Source: Deltaproteobacteria bacterium
GTDB taxonomy: Bacteria; Myxococcota_A; Polyangia; Polyangiales; Houyiibacteriaceae
Direction of reading: 5' to 3'
Length of the DNA: 64,000 nucleotides
Assembly (NCBI GenBank): GCA_034670305.1
Contig: JAXMNT010000002.1
Span: 32,001 to 96,000, forward strand
In this document: positions 10,858 through 19,642 of the stretch, one piece after another
Layout: each line of letters begins with the position of its first letter
Position numbering within the stretch: the stretch's first letter is position 1
Notes under the pieces: model-generated
Seen by the model: the letters and a program-made list of their open reading frames with translations, nothing else
What the model was told of the DNA's origin: nothing
Databases searched by the model: none
Position numbers and translations under genes: made by a program

Positions 10858-12219
10858 ATGACCCAACGAAAGTTCGACTACGACCTCGTGGTGATCGGGG
10901 GCGGCTCCGGCGGCGTCCGAGCCGCGCGCATGGCGGCCGGGTTCGGGGCACGCGTGGCACTCGTGGAATCCCATCGCCTGGGAGGAACGTGTGTGAACGT
11001 GGGATGCGTTCCCAAGAAGTTGCTCGTCACCGGCGCGCGGTACGTCGACGCGTTCCAAGACGCGAAGGGGTTCGGCTGGTCGGTCGACGCGACGGTCGAC
11101 TGGAACCGCTTGCGCACTCGGGTGCTCTCCGAGGTGCAGCGCCTCAACGGCATCTACGGCGGCATCCTCGACCGCGCCCAAGTCGAGCAGGTGCCCGGTC
11201 GCGGCGTCGTGCACGGTCCCCACGAAGTGAAGGTGGGTGAACGGACGCTGCATGCGGCCAAGATCTTGATCGCCACCGGTGGCCGACCCAGGCGCCCTGA
11301 ACTTCCCGGCGCCGAACATGCGGCCATCTCCGACGACTTCTTCGAGCTCGAGACCCTGCCGAAACGCGCCGTGCTGATCGGCGGCGGGTACATCGGCGTG
11401 GAGTTCACCAGCATTCTCACGCAGCTCGGTGTCGAGGTGCACCTCGTCCACCGCCATCCGGAGCTGCTGAACCACTTCGACGCGGACGTGGCGACCCACT
11501 TCACCGAGGCGTTCGGTGTTCATCCGCACGTGCACCTCCACCTCGATCGCAGCGCCGCTTCGATCGCGGCCGGTTCGGTGACGCTCAACGACGGACAGAC
11601 GATCGAAGCCGACTTCATCCTGTTCACCGCCGGCCGTGTTCCGAACATCGAAGGACTCTTCGCGAACGGACCGGCCGCACTCGGCATCGAGACCAAGGCG
11701 CGCGACGCGTTGGTCGTCAACGACACCTACCAAACCGGTTGCCCGAGCATCTTCGCGGTCGGCGACGTCATCGATCGCATGGCGCTCACGCCGGTCGCAC
11801 TCGCGGAGGGCATGTCGTTCGCGCGGCACCAGTTCGCGGAGTGGTCGAAGAAGGACGCGCGCGTCGCGTACGACTGCGTCGCCACCGCCGTCTTTTCGAC
11901 GCCGGAGGTCGCGACGGTGGGGCTGAGCGAAGCCGACGCCCGCAAGCGCGGCGGCGTGCGCATCTTCCTGTCGACCTTCCGCCCGATGAAGTTCGTGCTC
12001 GCCGAACGACAGGAGCGGTCGCTGATGAAGCTCGTCGTCGATGCCGAGTCCGACCGGGTGCTCGGGGTGCATGTCGTCGGACCCGACGCCGGGGAGATCA
12101 TGCAGGGTTTTGCCGCTGCGTTGAATGCGGGCATCACGAAACGCAAACTCGACCAGACCATCGGCATTCACCCGACGGCTGCTGAGGAACTGGTGACCAT
12201 GCGCGAAGCCACGCGTTGA
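10858..12219 (+). CDS. gor: Glutathione-disulfide reductase
   Basis: GGGSGG FAD motif, GGTCVNVGCVPKK redox-active disulfide, GGGYIGVEF, C-terminal IGIHPTAAEE. Confidence 0.93.
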   Translation: MTQRKFDYDLVVIGGGSGGVRAARMAAGFGARVALVESHRLGGTCVNVGCVPKKLLVTGARYVDAFQDAKGFGWSVDATVDWNRLRTRVLSEVQRLNGIYGGILDRAQVEQVPGRGVVHGPHEVKVGERTLHAAKILIATGGRPRRPELPGAEHAAISDDFFELETLPKRAVLIGGGYIGVEFTSILTQLGVEVHLVHRHPELLNHFDADVATHFTEAFGVHPHVHLHLDRSAASIAAGSVTLNDGQTIEADFILFTAGRVPNIEGLFANGPAALGIETKARDALVVNDTYQTGCPSIFAVGDVIDRMALTPVALAEGMSFARHQFAEWSKKDARVAYDCVATAVFSTPEVATVGLSEADARKRGGVRIFLSTFRPMKFVLAERQERSLMKLVVDAESDRVLGVHVVGPDAGEIMQGFAAALNAGITKRKLDQTIGIHPTAAEELVTMREATR

Positions 12220-12896
12220 ACGACGTCCCCGCGACCGCAACGAATCCGCGCTGGGCTATTGAGCGGGGGGACGAGATCCGCGACACTCCGTGGTCCGTGA
12301 CGTTGGGGGTGCAACGGAAGCTCGACTTGCTCTTCGACGACATCGGAGACTGCCACCGGTGCGCCGGCATGCCCGGGCGTCCGAAGACACTCGGCCCGTG
12401 GAGCGGCGACCCGGCGTCACGCTGCCTGGTGATCGCGACCGCACCTGGCGCGCACAAGGTCGACCCGGAAGCGGAACAGAAACCGTTGACCGGCGACCGG
12501 GCCGGCGAGGCGTTCCACAAACTGCTCGAAGGCGCGTCCCTGAAACGTTCGTCCTTCTTCCTGACGAACGCGGTGCTGTGCACCCCACGCACGAAGTCGG
12601 GACGCGGGCGTCGACCGCGGCTCGAAGAGATCCGCAACTGCAACCGCTACCTCTCACGCCTCGTGACGTACCTCGACCCCGCGCTCATCGTCACACTCGG
12701 TACGACTGCGCTCTCCGCGCTCTCCGAGCTCGCGCCCCACGACCTCTCGCTGAGCGCGGACTGTGGCCGGCCGACCCGCTGGATGGCCCGCTGGCTGCTG
12801 CCGCTCTACCACCCCGGGCCACGCGCGATGATCCACCGCAGCTGGGCCGACCAGCAGCGCGACTACGCTCTCTGGCGCAGCCTGCTGGAGAGCTAG
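12216..12896 (+). CDS. Uracil-DNA glycosylase superfamily protein (family 4/5-like, Fe-S)
   Basis: CHRC, P(L)TGDRAG, TNAVLC, EIRNC, LG..A, LYHP motifs; start overlaps the gor stop. Confidence 0.8.
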   Translation: MNDVPATATNPRWAIERGDEIRDTPWSVTLGVQRKLDLLFDDIGDCHRCAGMPGRPKTLGPWSGDPASRCLVIATAPGAHKVDPEAEQKPLTGDRAGEAFHKLLEGASLKRSSFFLTNAVLCTPRTKSGRGRRPRLEEIRNCNRYLSRLVTYLDPALIVTLGTTALSALSELAPHDLSLSADCGRPTRWMARWLLPLYHPGPRAMIHRSWADQQRDYALWRSLLES

Positions 12897-12920
12897 AGCG
12901 CCAAAACGCCCGACGCTCCC

Positions 12921-12972
12921 GTGCCCGCGCCCGTGTTCTGTGTTGGCTTCGGCTTCGGCTTCGGCTTCGGCG
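12921..12972. repeat. Short hexamer tract (GTGCCC-like, then TTCGGC x4-5)
   Basis: Seen directly between convergent genes. Confidence 0.75.
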
Positions 12973-13049
12973 TTCTGCCCGTGCCTCGAGCGGCGCCTGC
13001 ACCCGCCAGAAACGCTAGAGCAACGGCAAGCGGAGCGCGTTCCCGCCGC

Positions 13050-14474
13050 TCAGTGGCCCGGCAACAGCACACTCACGGTCGAGCCGTGGTCCGAGCTCTG
13101 GATCTCGACGGTCCCGCCGTGGGCCTTCACGATCCGCTCGACGATGGCGAGGCCGAGCCCCGTCCCGGTGGGCCGGGTGGTGAAGAATGGATCCACCGCG
13201 CGCTCCCGCACGAGCGTGTCCATGCCCTCCCCTGTGTCCTCGAAGTGGATCGCCACCCCCGACTCGGACCCCATCGGGATCACCTCCGAGCGCACCGTGA
13301 GGGTGCCACCATCCGGCATCGCCTCGATCGCGTTCGAGACGATCTGAGCGATCACCCGCTCCAGCAAGTCCTTGTCCCCGCGCACGCGTCCGGTCAGCCC
13401 CGAGGTGTCGATGTCGGGCTCGTGTCCGACCGACGCGACAATGCTCCTCGCCGCGTCGATCGAACGGCTTACCAGTTCGTCCACGGAGATGTCGGTGAGC
13501 TGGGGTTCGACCGGACGGGCGTACGCCAACAGATCTCGGACGAGTCGGTTCAGCCGGTCGGTCTCCTCGTCGAGCACGCCGAGCAAGGTGCCCCGATCCT
13601 CCGAGCCGATGCCGTCCTTCCGGAGCCCGGCGGCCGCCGTCTTCAACACCGCGAGTGGGTTGCGGACCTCGTGGGCGATGACCGCGCTCAGTTCGCCCAC
13701 CGCGGCGAGCTGCTCTTTCCGGACGAGTTCGCCCTGGACATGCTGCAACTCGTCGTAGCGGTGGCGAAGCTCCAAGGTCCTCGTGCTCAAGGTGGTCGCG
13801 GTCAGCGCGAACCGGTGAAGCAAGAGGTAGCTGACCAGCAGCCCGCCGAGGGAGCTCAGGTGCTCGGTCATGTAGACGCACCCGATGCCAAACCCGCGAA
13901 TGGCGATGTCGTGCGTCCATCCGAGCACCGTCAGCGCGACCGCGCAGGTGAGGATGCGGATCTCACGGTGTTCGTTCCAAGATCGAGAGAGTTCGACGAT
14001 CACCCAGATGCCGAACGCGAGGGCCGCCGCCCCCGCCGCCCACGTCATCGGGGTCAGCCCCGCATCGCGATACGGATACGCCCACGGCAGCTCGAACTGG
14101 ATCTCGATGCCGACCGCTGGATCCACGAGCAGTCCCGCGGCGGTGCACGGGATCACGATCGCGGCGGCGGGCATCAAGAGCCGGATGAGCGAGCGGGTCG
14201 GGCGGCCGACGAGCGCGTTGCCAAAGATCGCGTAGGCGACGAAGGTCGCCGTGCCGAAGCAGTACTCGATCGTCTGCCCCCACGCGGCCTCCGAAGGATC
14301 CATCGCGTTGGTCACCAGCGCGGCCCCGTAGCAATAGCCCGCGAGCGAGAGCGCGATGAACGTGTACGCCCCCTGTTCCAGCTGGCGCCGCCGCACGAAC
14401 AGGAACGCGGAGATCAAGGCGGCGAACAGATGCACCGCCATCCACGCCAAGAGCGCCGCACCGAGTTTGGTCAC
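13050..14474 (-). CDS. Membrane sensor histidine kinase (HisKA + HATPase)
   Basis: About 7 TM N-terminus; H-box AHEVRNPL, N-box NAIEAM, DTGEGM, PFFTTR, GTGLGLAIV. Confidence 0.93.
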   Translation of the reverse strand: MTKLGAALLAWMAVHLFAALISAFLFVRRRQLEQGAYTFIALSLAGYCYGAALVTNAMDPSEAAWGQTIEYCFGTATFVAYAIFGNALVGRPTRSLIRLLMPAAAIVIPCTAAGLLVDPAVGIEIQFELPWAYPYRDAGLTPMTWAAGAAALAFGIWVIVELSRSWNEHREIRILTCAVALTVLGWTHDIAIRGFGIGCVYMTEHLSSLGGLLVSYLLLHRFALTATTLSTRTLELRHRYDELQHVQGELVRKEQLAAVGELSAVIAHEVRNPLAVLKTAAAGLRKDGIGSEDRGTLLGVLDEETDRLNRLVRDLLAYARPVEPQLTDISVDELVSRSIDAARSIVASVGHEPDIDTSGLTGRVRGDKDLLERVIAQIVSNAIEAMPDGGTLTVRSEVIPMGSESGVAIHFEDTGEGMDTLVRERAVDPFFTTRPTGTGLGLAIVERIVKAHGGTVEIQSSDHGSTVSVLLPGH

Positions 14475-16042
14475 GAGTCGCCTCCCGCCTCGGGCGAAGC
14501 CGGCGGGTTGGAAGAAGCCCGCGGCAATCGGATGTCGCTGTTGCGGCCCTCGCGTCGTTCGCCCGGCGGCGGCAACGGAATCATGCTCGGCGCATCGACC
14601 GGCAACAGGAACGTGATCGTCGTGCCTTCGCCGTGTCGGCTGTCGATCGAGACCTCGCCTCCGTGGTTGCGGACCACGCGCTCCACGATCGCCAGGCCGA
14701 GACCGGTGCCTGAAGGCCGCGTCGTGAAAAATGGATCGCGCGCCTTGGCGCGGACCAGCGTGTCCATGCCTTCGCCGGTGTCGATGAACGAGAGTGCGAG
14801 CGCGGTCCGGGAACGAAACACCGCGGGTTCAGTCCGGATCGTCAGGGTTCCGCCGGCCGACATGGCCTGCATCGCGTTCTCCATGACGTTCACGAGGGCG
14901 TGGCGCAGCAGCTCCGGGTCGCCGTAGACCGAGTCGAGTTCGTCGCAGAGCTCGTACACCACATGCACGACCTCCTCGTGCGTCACTCCCCCGCGTGCGC
15001 GCTCCACCGACCGGCGCAGGAGCTCGCGCACCGGGAGCGAGCGTCCACGCGGAACGACCGGTCGTGCGTACGCCAAGAGATCATGCACCAGGCGGTTGAG
15101 GCGGTCGGTCTCCTCGTCGAGGATGTCGAGCAAGGTCCGCCGGTCTTGCGACGCGAGCCCTTCCCGGCGCAGGCCGCTGACCGCGTTCTTGATGATGGCC
15201 AAGGGGTTGCGCACCTCGTGGGCGATGACCGCACTGAGTTCGCCCACCGCAGCGAGCTGCTCCTTGCGCACCAGCCGCTCCTGGGTGGCCTGCAGCTCCT
15301 CGTACATGCGCCCGAGCTCGAGGGTCGTCTCGGAGAGCTCGTCGCTTGCGGCGACGAACCGGTCGAGCAGGTAGTGGCTCATCGCGAACCCGAAGAACAT
15401 GCCCGAGTGTTCGATCAAGGCAGGGGCGTGCACGTAGCCCGAACGGACGAGCACGTCGTGTCCGCCAGCGAAGAACACCCCAACGACCGTGGCCCGTACG
15501 ACCCAACGCCCGAAGTCGTCCACAGCGCCCAGCGGCGCGTCCTGAGCCGCGCCGCGCTGGCTCAGGACGGCCACGGTGGCCAGGTTCGGGAACACGAACG
15601 CACCGACGAGGTACGCCTGACCGACCCACGTGCGGGAGGGAAACGCGATGGCCGGCCCCCACGAGTAGAGCGGTTCGGTCGCGTGGTCGGACAGGAAGAG
15701 GTTGAAGGCCTGCAGCACGAGCCCGAGGCCGGCGTACGCGTAGGCCGCGTGGATGACGCGGCTCTTCCGGCCGAGCATCTGGTGAAGGAACTCGACGTAG
15801 AACGCGAACGCGGTGAAGAGGCCCACGTCGCCGATGCGCACCGCGAGCAACGCCGTGGTCGGATCCGAGGTCTGCACGTAGATGCCGTTGCCCACGCAGT
15901 AGAGCGACACGCTCGCGGCCATCAGGCCAAACGACAGGTACTCACGTGCGCTGCGGGCCCGCGCGTAGAGCAGGACGTAGAACACGCACAGGTAGGCGTA
16001 GATGGCGGCCCACGCGAAGGTCACGGTCGCGAGGCTCGACAC
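14471..16042 (-). CDS. Membrane sensor histidine kinase, paralog of 13050..14474
   Basis: Same H-box EQLAAVGELSAVIAHEVRNPLA, NAMQAM, DTGEGM, GTGLGLAIV; multi-TM N-terminus. Confidence 0.93.
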   Translation of the reverse strand: MSSLATVTFAWAAIYAYLCVFYVLLYARARSAREYLSFGLMAASVSLYCVGNGIYVQTSDPTTALLAVRIGDVGLFTAFAFYVEFLHQMLGRKSRVIHAAYAYAGLGLVLQAFNLFLSDHATEPLYSWGPAIAFPSRTWVGQAYLVGAFVFPNLATVAVLSQRGAAQDAPLGAVDDFGRWVVRATVVGVFFAGGHDVLVRSGYVHAPALIEHSGMFFGFAMSHYLLDRFVAASDELSETTLELGRMYEELQATQERLVRKEQLAAVGELSAVIAHEVRNPLAIIKNAVSGLRREGLASQDRRTLLDILDEETDRLNRLVHDLLAYARPVVPRGRSLPVRELLRRSVERARGGVTHEEVVHVVYELCDELDSVYGDPELLRHALVNVMENAMQAMSAGGTLTIRTEPAVFRSRTALALSFIDTGEGMDTLVRAKARDPFFTTRPSGTGLGLAIVERVVRNHGGEVSIDSRHGEGTTITFLLPVDAPSMIPLPPPGERREGRNSDIRLPRASSNPPASPEAGGDS

Positions 16043-16044
16043 GA

Positions 16045-19000
16045 CTACTCCGGGCGGACGACGCGCGTGTGACCCGCCCGCAGGAAGACGAACCGGCGGC
16101 GCTCTCCGCTGTTTCGGAACACGACCTCGTACTCACCCTCGGGGAGGTTGATCGCGACTGGCGCGTTGCCCAACGACTGCGGTTCGGCTTCCCCGTCGCG
16201 GCGCTGCACGGTCACGGTGGTTTCGACTTCGCCTTCTTGAACCCAGAGCAGCCCCTCGCCCTCCGCGACGGGTACGCCCGCGTCCAGCACCCGCGTCACG
16301 GAGCGTCCGAACGAGAGCTCCGGCCGGTCCCCAGGATCCGGCTCGGGCACGGCTTCGGTGTCTTCGACTGCGCTGTCGGAGGTTGCTTCGGGTTCGGACG
16401 TCGCGCCTTCGCGGGTGGTCGGCTCCGGAGTCGGCGTCGGATCCCGATCGGACCCACCCCGCACTGCGCGCCATCCGAAGAACGCCACCGTCGCGAGCAG
16501 GGCGAAGACCAGCGTCCAACCGACCACGCCGAGCCCGCCTTCGCTTGGCTTGCTTGCGCTGGACGGGGAGGCCGACTGTGCGCGCATGCGCAGGGTGGTC
16601 GCGGAGGGATCCTCCGGTGGCTCCGGCTTCGCCGGTTTCGCGCTCGACTTGCCCGACTTGGACTTCGACTTCGACTTCTTCTTCTTCGACGACTTCGACG
16701 TCTTCGATGTCTTCGACTTCGTGGACTTCTTGGTTCCCGACTTCGACTTCGACTTCGCGTCAGAACCCGTAGGCGCCGCTTTGGGGTCGTCCTCGTCTTC
16801 GGGATGAACGAGCGCCGCCTCCATCAGTTCTTCGATGTCGGCGGAGGCTCGCTCCGATTCCGGAGACGAGGGCGGCGGATTGGTCGGCGAGGTCAACATC
16901 GCCTCGGACCCCGGCGGCTCGTCGCGGTCCAGCACCTCCGGTTCGTCGAACGGGCCCAGCAGCGACTTGGGCGGCTCGGATTCGGACCCGGGTGGGCTCA
17001 GCTCGGTCAGGATCTCGGCCGCGGGTTCCTCCTGGGGCGGCGGCATGACGCTCGGCTTGTTCTTGGTGGCGACTCGGGCGGCGAGCGCAGCCGCCACGAC
17101 GTCCTGTCCCGCCACGTCCTCGACGCTGGTGATCGCACCGCGCCGCGCCAGGTCGACGAGCGCCGTCTCGAGCGCCTGCGGTGAGACGTCGCCGCCCACC
17201 AACATCTCGCGGGGACTCGCTCCCTCCGCCAGCTGCTCCACGAGCGCACGCACCCCTCCGGGCGAGGTCCGCACGAACACGCCGAGGAGCACCTCGTCGA
17301 ATGCGATCCGCTGCGCGCTGGACAGGTGACGGCCCGACACCGCGTCCACGAATGCGCCAAGCCGCTGCGCCGCGTCGTCGAGGATCTCTTCGACCGGCCC
17401 GCCGAGACTCGCGCGCACCTCGGAGGTCGCCTCGGCGACGGTGAACCGTCCGGCCGTCACCCCGAGCAACTGCGGGAGCGCGTTGTTGCCGCGCGCGAAA
17501 CTCCCGTCGCTCGCGGTCCGCGTCACGTCGAGAAGTTCGCCGGTCCGAATCTCGATCTCGAAGAGGTTCCAGGCATCCCGCACCGTGACCCGTGAGCCCG
17601 GCTGAATCTCGGCGATGGTGCGCAACAGCGGCAACACGCCGATGCCTTCCACCCGGCCACGCACATCGCCGCCCGCACGCAGCTGCGCTTCGAGCCGGGC
17701 GCGGGGCCGCAGGACCTCGCGCACCTTGGCGAGAATCTGCCCGCTCTCCGCTTCCTTGCGCAGGTAACCGCTCGCCCCCGAGCGCAGCTCGCGCATTCGC
17801 TGGAGGAAGTCTTCCTTCCAACTGAGCAAGATGACCGGCACCTCTGCGAGCGAGGGGTCGCGAGAGAGTTCGCGGCAAAGTGCCAGCCCATCCATGCGGG
17901 GCATCAAGATGTCGCTGAGCACCACATCCGGGCGGCGTCGGCGCGCTTCGTCAAGCGCGGAACGTCCGTCGTCGACTTCCACCACGTGTGCGCCCGCTTC
18001 GCGCAACAACCCTGCGAAGAACCAGACGACGGCGGGATCGTCGTCCGCCACGATGACCCGGCGGCCCGCGAGCGAGACTTCGTCGCTCGTGCCGCCTTCG
18101 GGCATCGCTTCGTCGATGAGCGACATGAACGCGGGGCCTCCGCGTTGCGCGCCATCGCGAAACCGGACGGCCCCGCCCGACCGCTCCGCGAGCTCCGCGC
18201 GGACCCGTGCGATGGTGGACCAGGCCGCGGCGAGAAGCTCTGAACCGTCGCCGAGCGGCACCTTCATGTCGCGGCCGGACGCTGCGGCTTCCACGATGCC
18301 GAGTCGAATCTCCTGCGCGAGCCGGTCGGCCACCTCTTCGATGGTGTGGTCGCCGTAGAGTTCCGCCCCGGGGAACGCATCGGCACCTGCGCCGGCGAGC
18401 CGGTCCACCAGGCGCTGAAGGGCCTTCGAGGTCGCGGGCTTCTGCATCACCGCGTCGGCCCCGTGCTCGCGCATCTCCGCTGGATCCACTCGGCGGCTGG
18501 CGAGATGGAGGATCACCACCGGCACGAAGTCCGTGAGTGGATCGTTGCGCAGGCGGGCGACCAGATCGGACGGGCCAAGCGCCAGTTCCGCATCGACCAG
18601 CACCACGTCGGGCGCGCTGGAGCGGGAGAGCCTCAGCGCCTGCTCAGGGTCGCTCGCGCCCAGCACCTCGTAGCGGTCGCGTGGAAGCGACTCCCGGATC
18701 GCGGCCTGCGATTCGACGTTGTCGACCACGAGCACGCTGACGATCATCTCGAGCGGTTCGCCCGGCAGAGTGGACGGTCGGGATCGCCCCCCGCTGCCCA
18801 TCGTGAACGACGCACGTCGACTGGGCGGCTGAGAGGGGGCGTCCTCCGCGTCCACCATCGGCGGTGGCGCTTCCGAGTCCCCGACACCTTGCTGGGTCGT
18901 CCGACGCGTCCTGCCTGTCTTCGGCGCGGGCGGCACGTAGTCCGACCCCTTGGTCTTCGGCGGCACCACGAGCAGGTCGGCGGTGGTGCGCTTCTTCCGT

Positions 19001-19545
19001 TCGCCATCCGCATGGAACTCGTCGACGTCCTCCGCGTCGTCGGGTGCCTGCACCGGCGGCGGCGGAATGATCCCACTGCCCGGAATCGAGGGTGGCGGGG
19101 GGAGCGGCATCGAGCTCCGAGGTAGCTCGGGCGATGGCGGCAAGGGCGCCAGCGGCGGCTCGGCGGGCGGCGGCCTGGACGAGGGCGGGCGGGGCGCCGC
19201 GATCGAAGGGCTCGAGGAACGACTGGTGCGGCCCAGCATCGGCAGCGTGGTCGCCAGATGGGCCAACGCGTCCAGTTCATCCTGCGAGAGCACCCCATCG
19301 GTGTCCCGCACCGCGTCGAGTGCTTGGAGGCGCTCCTTCAGCGCCGCTGCGAGTGGCTCGATCCGGAACACCTGCGCCGACGCATAGAGCGCGTGCAGCC
19401 GCCGACGCATCTCTTCGCGTGGTCGCTCGGCGTCCGGGGTGGCCGCCAGCAAGGCGATCGATCCGCGCAGCTCTTTGGCTTTGCGGCCGAGACCATCGAC
19501 GAATCGCTCCCGCGCGACGCCAAGTGCAGTGCCTTCCTTGCCCAT
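16045..19545 (-). CDS. Multidomain response regulator: Hpt-like N-terminus, two receiver domains, DUF4388-like domain, TM and C-terminal PEGA-like domain
   Basis: REC1 VLVVDN...PDVVLVD; REC2 VIVADDD...PDVVLSDILMPRMDG; GDVRGRVEGIGVLPLL (DUF4388-like); TM VVGWTLVFALLATVAFFGW; LGNAPVAINLPEGEYEVVF. Confidence 0.8.
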   Translation of the reverse strand: MGKEGTALGVARERFVDGLGRKAKELRGSIALLAATPDAERPREEMRRRLHALYASAQVFRIEPLAAALKERLQALDAVRDTDGVLSQDELDALAHLATTLPMLGRTSRSSSPSIAAPRPPSSRPPPAEPPLAPLPPSPELPRSSMPLPPPPSIPGSGIIPPPPVQAPDDAEDVDEFHADGERKKRTTADLLVVPPKTKGSDYVPPAPKTGRTRRTTQQGVGDSEAPPPMVDAEDAPSQPPSRRASFTMGSGGRSRPSTLPGEPLEMIVSVLVVDNVESQAAIRESLPRDRYEVLGASDPEQALRLSRSSAPDVVLVDAELALGPSDLVARLRNDPLTDFVPVVILHLASRRVDPAEMREHGADAVMQKPATSKALQRLVDRLAGAGADAFPGAELYGDHTIEEVADRLAQEIRLGIVEAAASGRDMKVPLGDGSELLAAAWSTIARVRAELAERSGGAVRFRDGAQRGGPAFMSLIDEAMPEGGTSDEVSLAGRRVIVADDDPAVVWFFAGLLREAGAHVVEVDDGRSALDEARRRRPDVVLSDILMPRMDGLALCRELSRDPSLAEVPVILLSWKEDFLQRMRELRSGASGYLRKEAESGQILAKVREVLRPRARLEAQLRAGGDVRGRVEGIGVLPLLRTIAEIQPGSRVTVRDAWNLFEIEIRTGELLDVTRTASDGSFARGNNALPQLLGVTAGRFTVAEATSEVRASLGGPVEEILDDAAQRLGAFVDAVSGRHLSSAQRIAFDEVLLGVFVRTSPGGVRALVEQLAEGASPREMLVGGDVSPQALETALVDLARRGAITSVEDVAGQDVVAAALAARVATKNKPSVMPPPQEEPAAEILTELSPPGSESEPPKSLLGPFDEPEVLDRDEPPGSEAMLTSPTNPPPSSPESERASADIEELMEAALVHPEDEDDPKAAPTGSDAKSKSKSGTKKSTKSKTSKTSKSSKKKKSKSKSKSGKSSAKPAKPEPPEDPSATTLRMRAQSASPSSASKPSEGGLGVVGWTLVFALLATVAFFGWRAVRGGSDRDPTPTPEPTTREGATSEPEATSDSAVEDTEAVPEPDPGDRPELSFGRSVTRVLDAGVPVAEGEGLLWVQEGEVETTVTVQRRDGEAEPQSLGNAPVAINLPEGEYEVVFRNSGERRRFVFLRAGHTRVVRPE

Positions 19546-19642
19546 TGGTGGGCGGACTATACCCGACCCGCCTCACTTGGGGGGCGGAACGGCCGCGATC
19601 GACCCGTGGCGCGCCGAGCGCAGCTTTGTCAGTCTTGGGCCC

